Source of the DNA: the human T2T-CHM13v2.0 reference genome, Homo sapiens
Assembly: GCF_009914755.1 (NCBI RefSeq)
Contig: NC_060933.1
Reading direction: 5' to 3' (one strand)
Length of the DNA: 64,000 nt
Positions 26,638-39,568 of this stretch are shown piece after piece (position 1 is the first letter of the stretch; each line of letters opens with the position of its first letter). The notes beneath the pieces are model-generated. The model did not search any database. It had not been told where the DNA came from and saw only the letters and a list, made by a program, of their open reading frames with translations. The translations under genes were made by a program, and so were the position numbers.

Positions 26638-28683
26638 CATTCACAGAAACTTGTTTGTGATGTGTGTATTCAACTAACAGAGATGAACCTTTCTTTTTAC
26701 AGAGCAGTTTTGAAACACTCTTTTTGTGGAATCTGAAAGTGGATATTTGGATAGCTTTGCGGATTTCGTTGGAAACGGGATTACATATAAAATCTAGAGA
26801 GAAGCATTCTCAGGAACTTCTTTGTGATGTTTGCATTCACGTCACAGAACTGAACATTCCCTTTCATAGAGCATGTTTGAAACACTCTTTCTGTAGTATC
26901 TGCAAACGGACATTTCAAGCGCTTTCAGGCCTATGGTGAGAAAGGAAATATCTTCAAATAAAAACTAGACAGAAGCATTCTCAGAAACTTATTTGCGATG
27001 TGTGTTCTCAACTAACAGAGTTGAACCTTTGTTTTGATACAACATTTTGGAAACACTCTTTTTGTAGAATCTGCAAGTGGATATTTGGATAGCTTTGAAG
27101 GTTTCGTTGGAAACGGGAATATCTTCATATAAAATCAAGACAGAAGCATTCTCAGAAACTTCTCTGTGATGTTTGCATTCAACTCATAGAGTTGAACACT
27201 TCCCTTCATACAGCAGGTTTGAAACACTCTTTTTGTAATATTTGGAAGTGGACATTTGCAGCGTTTTGAGGCGTATGATGAAAAAAGAAATATCTTCTCC
27301 TAAAAACCAGACAGAAGCATTCTCAGAAACTTCCTGGTGATGTGTGTACTCAAGTAACGGAGTTGAACCTTACTTTTGACAGAGCAGTTTTGAAGCACTC
27401 TTTTTGTAGAATCTGGAAGTAGATATTTGGATACCTTTGAGGATTTCTTTGGAAACGGGATATCTTCATATAAAATCTAGACAGAAGCATTCTCAGAAAC
27501 TTCTTTGTGCTGTATGTCCTCAATTAACAGAGTTGAACCTTTGTGTGGATACAACATTTTGGAAAAATACCTTTAGTAGAATCTGCAAGTTGATATTTAG
27601 ATAGCTAGGAAGATTTCCTTGGAAACGGGAATATCTTCATATAAAATCTAGACGGAAGCATTCTCAGAAAGTGCTTTGTGATGTTTGCATTCAAGTCACA
27701 GAGTTGAATATTCCCTTTTATAGAGCAGGTTTGAAACACTCTTTCTGCACTACCTGGAAGTGGACATTTGGAGCGCTTTGAGGCCTATGTTGAAAACGGA
27801 AATATCTTCCCATAAAAACTAGACAGAAGCATTCTCAGAAACTTATTTGCGATGTGTGTCCTCAACTAACAGAGTTGAACCTTTCTTTTGATACAACATT
27901 TTGGAAACACTCTTTTTGTAGAATTTGCAAGTGGATATTTGGATAGCTTTGAAGGTTTCGTTGGAAACGGGAATATCTTCATATAAAATCAAGACAGAAG
28001 CATTCTCAGAAACTTCTCTGTGATGTTTGCATTCAACTCATAGAGTTGAACACTTCCTTTCATAGAGCTGGTTTGAAATACTCTTTTTGTAATATTTGGA
28101 AGTGGACATTGGCAGCGCTTTGAAGCCTGTGGTGAAAAAGGAGATATCTTCTCCTAAAAACCAGACAGAAGCATTCTCAGAATCTTTCTTGTGATGTGTG
28201 TACTCAAGTAACAGAGTTGAACCTTCATTTTGACAGAGCAGTTTTGAAGCACTCTTTTTGTAGAATCTGCAAGTGGATATTTTGATACCTTTGAGGATTT
28301 CGTTGGACACGGGATATCTTCATATAAAATCTAGACAGAAGCATTCTCAGAAACTTCTTTGTGCTGTATGTCCTCAATTAACAGAGTTGAACCTTTATGT
28401 GGTTACAGCATTTTGGAAACATTCCTTTAGTAGAATCTGCAAGTAGATATTTAGATAGCTAGGAAGATTTCCTTGGAAACGGGAATATCTTCATATAAAA
28501 TCTAGACGGAAGCATTCTCAGAAAGTGCTTTGTGATGTTTGCATTCAAGTCACAGAGTTGAATATTCCCTTTTATAGAGCAGGTTTGAAACACTCTTTCT
28601 GCACTACCTGGAAGTGGACATTTGGAGCGCTTTGAGGCCTATGTTGAAAAAGGAAATATCTTCCCATAAAAACTAGACAGAAG
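26638..28683 (+). repeat. 12-mer HOR variant A-B-C-D-E*-F-G-C-D*-E-F-G
   Basis: Anchor gap is 2046 bp. G is followed directly by C at 27830 (A-B missing). Confidence 0.88.
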
Positions 28684-31600
28684 CATTCTCAGAAACTTGT
28701 TTGTGATGTGTGTATTCAACTAACAGAAATGAACCTTTCTTTTTACAGAGCAGTTTTGAAACACTCTTTTTGTGGAATCTGAAAGTGGATATTTGGATAG
28801 CTTTGAGGATTTCGTTGGAAACGGGATTACATATAAAACCTAGAGAGAAGCATTCTCAGGAACTTCTTTGTGATGTTTGCATTCAAGTCACAGAACTGAA
28901 CATTCCCTTTCATAGAGCAGGTTTGAAACACTCTTTCTGTAGTATCTGCAAGCTGACGTTTCTAGCGCTTTCAGGCCTATGGTGAGAAAGGAAATATCTT
29001 CAAGTAAAAACTAGACAGAAGCATTCTCAGAAACTTATTTGCCATGTGTGTTCTCAACTAACAGAGTTGAACCTTTGTATTGATACGGCATTTTGGAAAC
29101 ACTCTTTTTGTAGAATCTGCAGGTGGATATTCAGATAGCTTTGAAGGTTTCGATGGAAACGGGAATATCTTCATATAAAATCTAGACGGAAGCATTCTCA
29201 GAAACTGCTTTGTGATGTTTTCATTCAAGTCACAGAGTAGAATGTTCCCTGTTATATACCAGGTTTGAGACACTCTTTCTGCACTACCTGGAAGTGGAGG
29301 TTTGGAGCGCTTTGAGGCCTATGTTGAAAAAGGAAATATCTTCCCATAAAAACTAGACAGAAGCATTCTCAGAAACTTGTTTGTGATGTGTGTATTCAAC
29401 TAACAGAGATGAACCTTTCTTTTTACAGGGCAGTTTTGAAACACTCTTTTTGTGGAATCTGAAAGTTGATATTTGGATAGCTTTGAGGATTTCGTTGGAA
29501 ACGGGATTACATATAAAATCTAGGGAGAAGCATTCTCAGGAACTTCTTTGTGATGTTTGCATTCAAGTCACAGAACTGAACATTCCCTTTCATAGAGCAG
29601 GTTTGAAACACTCTTTCTGTAGTATCTGCAAGCGGACGTTTCAAGCGCTTTCAGGCCTGTGGTGAAAAAGGAAATATCTTCAAATAAAAACTAGACAGAA
29701 GCATTCTCAGAAACTTATTTGCGATGTGTGTTCTCAGCTAACAGAGTTGAACCTTTGTTTTGATACAGCATTTTGGAAACACTCTTTTTGTAGGATCTGC
29801 AGGTGGATATTTGGATAGCTTTGAAGGTTTCTTTGGAAACGGGAATATCTTCATATAAAATCAACACAGAAGCATTCTCAGAAACTTCTCTGTGATGTTT
29901 GCATTCAACTCATAGAGTTGAACACTTCCTTTCATAGAGCTGGTTTGAAATACTCTTTTTGTAATATTTGGAATGGACATTGGCAGCGCTTTGAAGCTTA
30001 TGGTGAAAAAGGAGATATCTTCTCCTAAAAACGAGACAGAAGCATTCTCAGAATCTTTCTTGTGATGTGTGTACTCAAGTAACAGAGTTGAACCTTCATT
30101 TTGAGAGAGCAGTTTTGAAGCACTCTTTTTGTAGAATCTGCAAGTGGATATTTTGATATCTTTGAGGATTTCGTTGGACACGGGATATCTTCATATAAAA
30201 TCTAGACAGAAGCATTCTCAGAAACTTCTTTGTGCTGTATGTCCTCAATTAACAGAGTTGAACCTTTGTGTGGATACAGCATTTTGGAAACATTCCTTTA
30301 GTAGAATCTGCAATTTGATATTTAGATAGCTAGGAAGATTTCCTTGGAAACGGGAATATCTTCATATAAAATCTAGACGGAAGCATTCTCAGAAAGTGCT
30401 TTGTGATGTTTGCATTCAAGTCACAGAGTTGAATATTCCCTTTTATAGAGCAGGTTTGAAACACTCTTTCTGCACTACCTGGAAGTGGACATTTGGAGCG
30501 CTTTGAGGCCTATGTTGAAAAAGGAAATATCTTCCCATAAAAACTTGACAGAAGCATTCTCAGAAACTTGTTTGTGATGTGTGTATTCAACTAACAGAGA
30601 TGAACCTTTCTTTTTACAGAGCAGTTTTGAAACACTCTTTTTGTGGAATCTGAAAGTGGATATTTGGATAGCTTTGAGGATTTCGTTGGAAACGGGATTA
30701 CATATAAAACCTAGAGAGAAGCATTCTCAGGAACTTCTTTGTGATGTTTGCATTCAAGTCACAGAACTGAACATTCCCTTTCATAGAGCAGGTTTGAAAC
30801 ACTCTTTCTGTAGTATCTGCAAGCTGACGTTTCAAGCGCTTTCAGGCCTATGGTGAGAAAGGAAATATCTTCAAGTAAAAACTAGACAGAAGCATTCTCA
30901 GAAACTTATTTGCCATGTGTGTTCTCAACTAACAGAGTTGAACCTTTGTATTGATACGGCATTTTGGAAACACTCTTTTTGTAGAATCTGCAGGTGGATA
31001 TTCGGATAGCTTTGAAGGTTTCGTTGGAAACGGGAATATCTTCATATAAAATCTAGACGGAAGCATTCTGAGAAACTGATTTGTGATGTTTTCATTCAAG
31101 TCACAGAGTAGAATGTTCCCTGTTATATACCAGGTTTGAGACACGCTTTCTGCACTACCTGGAAGTGGACATTTGGAGCGCTTTGAGGCCTATGATGAAA
31201 AAGGAAATATCTTCCCATAAAAACTAGACAGAAGCATTCTCAGAAACTTGTTTGTGATGTGTGTATTCAACTAACAGAGATGAACCTTTCTTTTTACAGA
31301 GCAGTTTTGAAACACTCTTTTTGTGGAATCTGAAAGAGGATATTTGGATAGCTTTGCGGATTTCGTTGGAAACGGGATTACATATAAAATCTAGGGAGAA
31401 GCATTCTCAGGAACTTCTTTGTGATGTTTGCATTCAAGTCACAGAACTGAACATTCCCTTTCATAGAGCAGGTTTGAAACACTCTTTCTGTAGTATCTGC
31501 AAGCGGACGTTTCAAGCGCTTTCAGGCCTGTGGTGAAAAAGGAAATATCTTCAAATAAAAACTAGACAGAAGCATTCTCAGAGACTTATTTGCGATGTGT

Positions 31601-34600
31601 GTTCTCAACTAAAAGAGTTGAACCTTTGTTTGGATACAGCACTTTGGAAACACTCTTTTTGTAGAATCTGCAAGTGGATATTTGGATAGCTTTGAAGGTT
31701 TCGTTGGAAACGGGAATATCTTCATATAAAATCAAGACAGAAGCATTCTCAGAAACTTCTCTGTGATGTTTGCATTCAACTCATAGAGTTGAACACTTCC
31801 CTTCATACAGCAGGTTTGAAACACTCTTTTTCTAATATTTGGAAGTGGACATTTGCAGCGCTTTGAGGCCTATGTTGAAAAAGGAAATATCTTCTCCTAA
31901 AAACCAGACAGAAGAATTCTCAGAAACTTCCTTGTGATGTGTGTACTCAAGTAACAGAGTTGAACCTTACTTTTGACAGAGCCGTTTTGAAACAGTCTTT
32001 TTGTAGAATCTGGAAGTAGATATTTGGATACCTTTGAGGATTTCTTTGGAAACGGGATATCTTCATATAAAATCTAGACAGAAGCATTCTCAGGAACTTC
32101 TTTGTGCTGTATGTCCTCACTTAACAGAGTTGAACCTTTGTGTAGATACAGCATTTTGGAAACATTCCTTTAGTAGAATCTGCAAGTTGATATTTAGATA
32201 GCTAATAAGATTTCCTTGGATACGGGAATATCTTCATATAAAATCTAGACGGAAGCATTCTCAGAAACTGCTTTGTGATGTCTTCATTCAAGTCACAGAG
32301 TAGAATGTTCCCTTTTATAGAGCAGGTTTGAAACACTCTGTGCACTACCTGGAAGTGGACATTTGGAGCGCTTTGAGGCCTGTGTTGAAAAAGGAAATAT
32401 CTTCCCATAGAAACTAGACAGAAGCATTCTCAGAAACTTGTTTGTGATGTGTGTATTCAACTAACAGAGATGAACCTTTCTTTTTACAGAGCAGTTTTGA
32501 AACACTCTTTTTGTGGAATCTGAAAGTGGATATTTGGATAGCTTTGAGGATTTCGTTGGAAACGGGATTACATATAAAATCTAGGGAGAAGCATTCTCAG
32601 GAACATCTTCGTGATGTTTGCATTCAAGTCACAGAACTGAACATTCCCTTTCATAGTGCAGGTTAGAAACACTCTTTCTGTAGTATCTGCAAGCTGACGT
32701 TTCAAGCGCTTTGAGGCCTGTGGTGAAAAAGGAAATATCTTCAAATAAAAACTAGACAGAAGCATTCTCAGAAACTTATTTGCGATGTGTGTTCTCAACT
32801 AACAGAGTTGAACCTTTGTTTGGATACAACATTTTGGAAACACTCTTTTTGGAGAATCTCCAAGTGGATATTTGGATAGCTTTGAAGGTTTCGTTGTTAA
32901 CGGGAAAATCTTCATATAAAATCAAGACAGAAGCATTCTCAGAAACTTCCCTGTGATGTTTGCATTCAACTCATAGAGTTGAACACTTCCCTTCATACAG
33001 CAGGTTTGAAACACTCTTTTTGTAATATTTGGAAGTGGACATTGGAAGCGCTTTGAGGCCTATGTTGAAAAAGGAAATATCTTCTCCTAAAAACCAGACA
33101 GAAGCATTCTCAGAAACTTCCTTGTGATGTGTGTACTCAAGTAACAGAGTTGAACCTTCCTTTTGACAGAGCAGTTTTGAAGCACTCTTTTTGTAGAATC
33201 TGCAAGTGGATATTTTGATACCTTTGAGGATTTCGTTGGACACGGGATATCTTCATATAAAATGTAGACAGAAGCATTCTCAGAAACTTCTTTGTGCTGT
33301 ATGTCCTCAATTAACAGAGTTGAACCTTTGTGTGGATACAGCATTTTGGAAACATTCCTTTAGTAGAATCTGCAAGTTGATATTTAGATAGCTAGGAAGA
33401 TTTCCTTGGAAACGGGAATATCTTCATATAAAATCTAGACGGAAGCATTCTCAGAAAGTGCTTTGTGATGTTTGCATTCAAGTCACAGAGTTGAATATTC
33501 TCTTTTATAGAGCAGGTTTGAAACACTCTTTCTGCACTACCTGGAAGTGGACATTTGGAGCGCTTTGAGGCCTATGTTGAAAAAGGAAATATCTTCCCAT
33601 AAAAACTAGACAGAAGCATTCTCAGAAACTTGTTTGTGATGTGTGTATTCAACTAACAGAGATGAACCTTTCTTTTTACAGAGCAGTTTTGAAACACTCT
33701 TTTTGTGGAATCTGAAAGTGGATATTTGGATAGCTCTGAGGATTTCGTTGGAAACGGGATTACATATAAAATCTAGGGAGAAGCATTCTCAGGAACTTCT
33801 TTGTGATGTTTGCATTCAAGTCACAGAACTGAACATTCCCTTTCATAGAGCAGGTTTGAAACACTCTTTCTGTAGTATCTGCAAGCGGACGTTTCAAGCG
33901 CTTTCAGGCCTGTGGTGAAAAAGGAAATATCTTCAAATAAAAACTAGACAGAAGCATTCTCAGAAACTTATTTGCGATGTGTGTTCTCAGCTAACAGAGT
34001 TGAACCTTTGTTTTGATACAGCATTTTGGAAACACTCTTTTTGTAGGATCTGCAGGTGGATATTTGGATAGCTTTGAAGGTTTCTTTGGAAACGGGAATA
34101 CCTTCATATAAAATCAACACAGAGGCATTCTCAGAAACTTCTCTGTGATGTTTGCATTCAACTCATATAGTTGAACACTTCCTTTCATAGAGCTGGTTTG
34201 AAATACTCTTTTTGTAATATTTGGAATGGACATTGGCAGCGCTTTGAAGCTTATGGTGAAAAAGGAGATATCTTCTCCTAAAAACCAGACAGAAGCATTC
34301 TCAGAATCTTTCTTGTGATGTGTGTACTCAAGTAACAGAGTTGAACCTTCATTTTTAGAGAGCAGTTTTGAAGCACTCTTTTTGTAGAATCTGCAAGTGG
34401 ATATTTTGATACCTTTGAGGATTTCGTTGGACACGGGATATCTTCATATAAAATCTAGACAGAAGCATTCTCAGAAACTTCTTTGTGCTGTATGTCCTCA
34501 ATTAACAGAGTTGAACCTTTGTGTGGATACAGCATTTTGGAAACATTCCTTTAGTAGAATCTGCAAGTTGATATTTAGATAGCTAGGAAGATTTCCTTGG

Positions 34601-37600
34601 AAACGGGAATATCTTCATATAAAATCTAGATGGAAGCATTCTCAGAAAGTGCTTTGTGATGTTTGCATTCAAGTCACAGAGTTGAATATTCCCTTTTATA
34701 GAGCAGGTTTGAAACACTCTTTCTGCACTACCTGGAAGTGGACATTTGGAGCGCTTTGAGGCCTGTGTTGAAAAAGGAAATATCTTCCCATAAAAACTAG
34801 ACAGAAGCATTCTCAGAAACTTGTTTGTGATGTGTGTATTCAACTAACAGAGATGAACCTTTCTTTTTACAGAGCAGTTTTGAAACACTCTTTTTGTGGA
34901 ATCTGAAAGTGGATATTTGGATAGCTTTGAGGATTTCGTTGGAAACGGGATTACATATAAAACCTAGAGAGAAGCATTCTCAGGAACTTCTTTGTGATGT
35001 TTGCATTCAAGTCACAGAACTGAACATTCCCTTTCATAGAGCAGGTTTGAAACACTCTTTCTGTAGTATCTGCAAGCTGACGTTTCAAGCGCTTTCAGGC
35101 CTATGGTGAGAAAGGAAATATCTTCAAGTAAAAACTAGACAGAAGCATTCTCAGAAACTTATTTGCCATGTGTGTTCTCAACTAACAGAGTTGAACCTTT
35201 GTTTTGATACGGCATTTTGGAAACACTCTTTTTGTAGAATATGCAGGTGGATATTCGGATAGCTTTGAAGGTTTCGTTGGAAACGGGAATATCTTCATAT
35301 AAAATCTAGACGGAAGCATTCTGAGAAACTGCTTTGTGATGTTTTCATTCAAGTCACAGAGTAGAATGTTCCCTGTTATATACCAGGTTTGAGACACGCT
35401 TTCTGCACTACCTGGAAGTGGACATTTGGAGCGCTTTGAGGCCTATGATGAAAAAGGAAATATCTTCCCATAAAAACTAGACAGAAGCATTCTCAGAAAC
35501 TTGTTTGTGATGTGTGTATTCAACTAACAGAGATGAACCTTTCTTTTTACAGAGCAGTTTTGAAACACTCTTTTTGTGGAATCTGAAAGTGGATATTTGG
35601 ATAGCTTTGCGGATTTCGTTGGAAGCGGGATTACATATAAAATCTAGGGAGAAGCATTCTCAGGAACTTCTTTGTGATGTTTGCATTCAAGTCACAGAAC
35701 TGAACATTCCCTTTCATAGAGCAGGTTTGAAACACTCTTTCTGTAGTATCTGCAAGCGGACGTTTCAAGCGCTTTCAGGCCTGTGGTGAAAAAGGAAATA
35801 TCTTCAAATAAAAACTAGACAGAAGCATTCTCAGAAACTTATTTGCGATGTGTGTTCTCAACTAAAAGAGTTGAACCTTTGTTTGGATACAGCATTTTGG
35901 AAACACTCTTTTTGTAGAATCTGCAAGTGGATATTTGGATAGCTTTGAAGGTTTCGTTGGAAACGGGAATATCTTCATATAAAATCAAGACAGAAGCATT
36001 CTCAGAAACTTCTCTGTGATGTTTGCATTCAACTCATAGAGTTGAACCCTTCCCTTCATACAGCAGGTTTGAAACACTCTTTTTGTAATATTTGGAAGTG
36101 GACATTTGCAGCGCTTTGAGGCCTATGTTGAAAAAGGAAATATCTTCTCCTAAAAACCAGACAGAAGCATTCTCAGAAACTTCCTTGTGATGTGTGTACT
36201 CAAGTTACAGAGTTGAACCTTCCTTTTGACAGAGCAGTTTTGAAGCACTCTTTTTGTAGTATCTGCAAGTGGATATTTTGATACCTTTGAGGATTTCGTT
36301 GGACACGGGATATCTTCATATAAAATCTAGACAGAAGCATTCTCAGAAACTTCTTTGTGCTGTATGTCCTCAATTAACAGAGTTGAACCTTTGTGTGGAT
36401 ACAGCATTTTGGAAACATTCCTTTAGTAGAATCTGCAAGTTGATATTTAGATAGCTAGGAAGATTTCCTTGGAAACGGGAATATCTTCATATAAAATCTA
36501 GACGGAAGCATTCTCAGAAAGTGCTTTGTGATGTTTGCATTCAAGTCACAGAGTTGAATATTCCCTTTTATAGAGCAGGTTTGAAACACTCTTTCTGCAC
36601 TACCTGGAAGTGGACATTTGGAGCGCTTTGAGGCCTATGTTGAAAAAGGAAATATCTTCCCATAAAAACTAGACAGAAGCATTCTCAGAAACTTGTTTGT
36701 GATGTGTGTATTCAACTAACAGAGATGAACCTTTCTTTTTACAGAGCAGTTTTGAAACACTCTTTTTGTGGAATCTGAAAGTGGATATTTGGATAGCTTT
36801 GAGGATTTCGTTGGAAACGGGATTACATATAAAACCTAGAGAGAAGCATTCTCAGGAACTTCTTTGTGATGTTTGCATTCAAGTCACAGAACTGAACATT
36901 CCCTTTCATAGAGCAGGTTTGAAACACTCTTTCTGTAGTATCTGCAAGCTGACGTTTCAAGCGCTTTCAGGCCTATGGTGAGAAACGAAATATCTTCAAG
37001 TAAAAACTAGACAGAAGCATTCTCAGAAACTTATTTGCCATGTGTGTTCTCAACTAACAGAGTTGAACCTTTGTTTTGATACGGCATTTTGGAAACACTC
37101 TTTTTGTAGAATCTGCAGGTGGATATTCGGATAGCTTTGAAGGTTTCGTTGGAAACGGGAATATCTTCATATAAAATCTAGACGGAAGCATTCTCAGAAA
37201 CTGCTTTGTGATGTTTTCATTCAAGTCACAGAGTAGAATGTTCCCTGTTATATACCAGGTTTGAGACACTCTTTCTGCACTACCTGGAAGTGGAGGTTTG
37301 GAGCGCTTTGAGGCCTATGTTGAAAAAGGAAATATCTTCCCATAAAAACTAGACAGAAGCATTCTCAGAAACTTGTTTGTGATGTGTGTATTCAAGTAAC
37401 AGAGATGAACCTTTCTTTTTACAGAGCAGTTTTGAAACACTCTTTTTGTGGAATCCGAAAGTGGATATTTGGATAGCTTTGAGGATTTCGTTGGAAACGG
37501 GATTACATATAAAATCTAGGGAGAAGCATTCTCAGGAACTTCTTTGTGATGTTTGCATTCAAGTCACAGAACTGAACATTCCCTTTCATAGAGCAGGTTT

Positions 37601-38549
37601 GAAACACTCTTTCTGTAGTATCTGCAGGCGGACGTTTCAAGCGCTTTCAGGCCTGTGGTGAAAAAGGAAATATCTTCAAATAAAAACTAGACAGAAGCAT
37701 TCTCAGAAACTTATTTGCGATGTGTGTTCTCAACTAAAAGAGTTGAACCTTTGTTTGGATACAACATTTTGGAAACACTCTTTTTGTAGAATCTGCAAGT
37801 GGATATTTGGATAGCTTTGAAGGTTGCGTTGGAAACGGGAATATCTTCATATAAAATCAAGACAGAAGCATTCTCAGAAACTTCTCTGTGATGTTTGCAT
37901 TCAACTCATAGAGTTGAACCCTTCCCTTCATACAGCAGGTTTGAAACACTCTTTTTCTAATATTTGGAAGTGGACATTTGCAGCGCTTTGAGGCCTATGT
38001 TGAAAAAGGAAATATCTTCTCTTAAAAACAAGACAGAAGCATTCTCAGAAACTTCCTTGTGATGTGTGTACTCAAGTAACAGAGTTGAACCTTCCTTTTG
38101 ACAGAGCAGTTTTGAAGCACTCTTTTTGTAGAATCTGCAAGTGGATATTTTGATACCTTTGAGGATTTCGTTGGACACGGGATATCTTCATATAAAATCT
38201 AGACAGAAGCATTCTCAGAAACTTCTTTGTGCTGTATGTCCTCAATTAACAGAGTTGAACCTTTGTGTGGATACAGCATTTTGGAAACATTCCTTTAGTA
38301 GAATCTGCAAGTTGATATTTAGATAGCTAGGAAGATTTCCTTGGAAACGGGAATATCTTCACATAAAATCTAGACGGAAGCATTCTCAGAAACTGCTTTG
38401 TGATGTCTTCATTGAAGTCACAGAGTAGAATGTTCCCTTTTATAGAGCAGGTTTGAAACACTCAGTGCACTACCTGGAAGTGGACATTTGGAGCGCTTTG
38501 ACGCCTTTGTTGAAAAAGGAAATATCTTCCCATAGAAACTAGACTGAAG

Positions 38550-39568
38550 CGTTCTCAGAAACTTGTTTGTGATGTGTGTATTCAACTAACAGAGATGAAC
38601 CTTTCTTTTTACAGAGCAGTTTTGAAACACTCTTTTTGTGGAATCTGAAAGTGGATATTTGGATAGCTTTGAGGATTTCGTTGGAAACGGGATTACATAT
38701 AAAATCTAGGGAGAAGCATTCTCAGGAACTTCTTTGTGATGTTTGCATTCAAGTCACAGAACTGAACATTCCCTTTCATAGTGCAGGTTTGAAACACTCT
38801 TTCTGTAGTATCTGCCAGCTGACGTTTCAAGCGCTTTCAGGCCTGTGGTGAAAAAGGAAATATCTTCAAATAAAAACTAGACAGAAGCATTCTCAGAAAC
38901 TTATTTGCGATGTGTGTTTCCAACTAACAGAGTTGAACCTTTGTTTTGATACAGCATTTTGGAAGCACTATTTTTGTAGGATCTGCAGGTGGATATTTGG
39001 ATAGCTTTAAAGGTTTCGTTGGAAATGGGAATATCTTCATATAAAATCAAGACAGAAGCATTCTCAGAAACTTCTCTGTGATGTTTGCATTCAACTCATA
39101 GAGTTGAACACTTCCTTTCATAGAGCTGGTTTGAAATACTCTTTTTGTAATATTTGGAAGCAGACATTTGCAGAGGTTTGAGACGTATGGTGAAAAAGGA
39201 GATATCTTCTCCTAAAAACCAGACAGAAGCATTCTCAGAATCTTCCTTGTGATGTGTGTACTCAAGTAACAGAGTTGAACCTTCCTTTTGACAGAGCAGT
39301 TTTGAAGCACTCTTTTTGTAGAATCTGCAAGTGGATATTTTGATACCTTTGAGGATTTCGTTGGACACGGGATATCTTCATATAAAATCTAGACAGAAGC
39401 ATTCTCAGAAACTGCTTTGAGATGTTTTCATTCATGTCACAGAGGAGAATGTTCCCTTTTATAGAGCAGGTTTGAAACACTCTGTGCACTACATGGAAGT
39501 GGACATTTGGAGCGCTTTGAGGCCTATGCGGAAAAAGGAAATATCTTCCCATAAAAACTAGACAGAAG
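38550..39568 (+). repeat. 6-mer HOR variant A-B-C-D*-E-G'' (F missing)
   Basis: Anchor gap is 1019 bp. E is followed directly by AAACTGCTTTGAGATG at ~39400. Confidence 0.88.
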
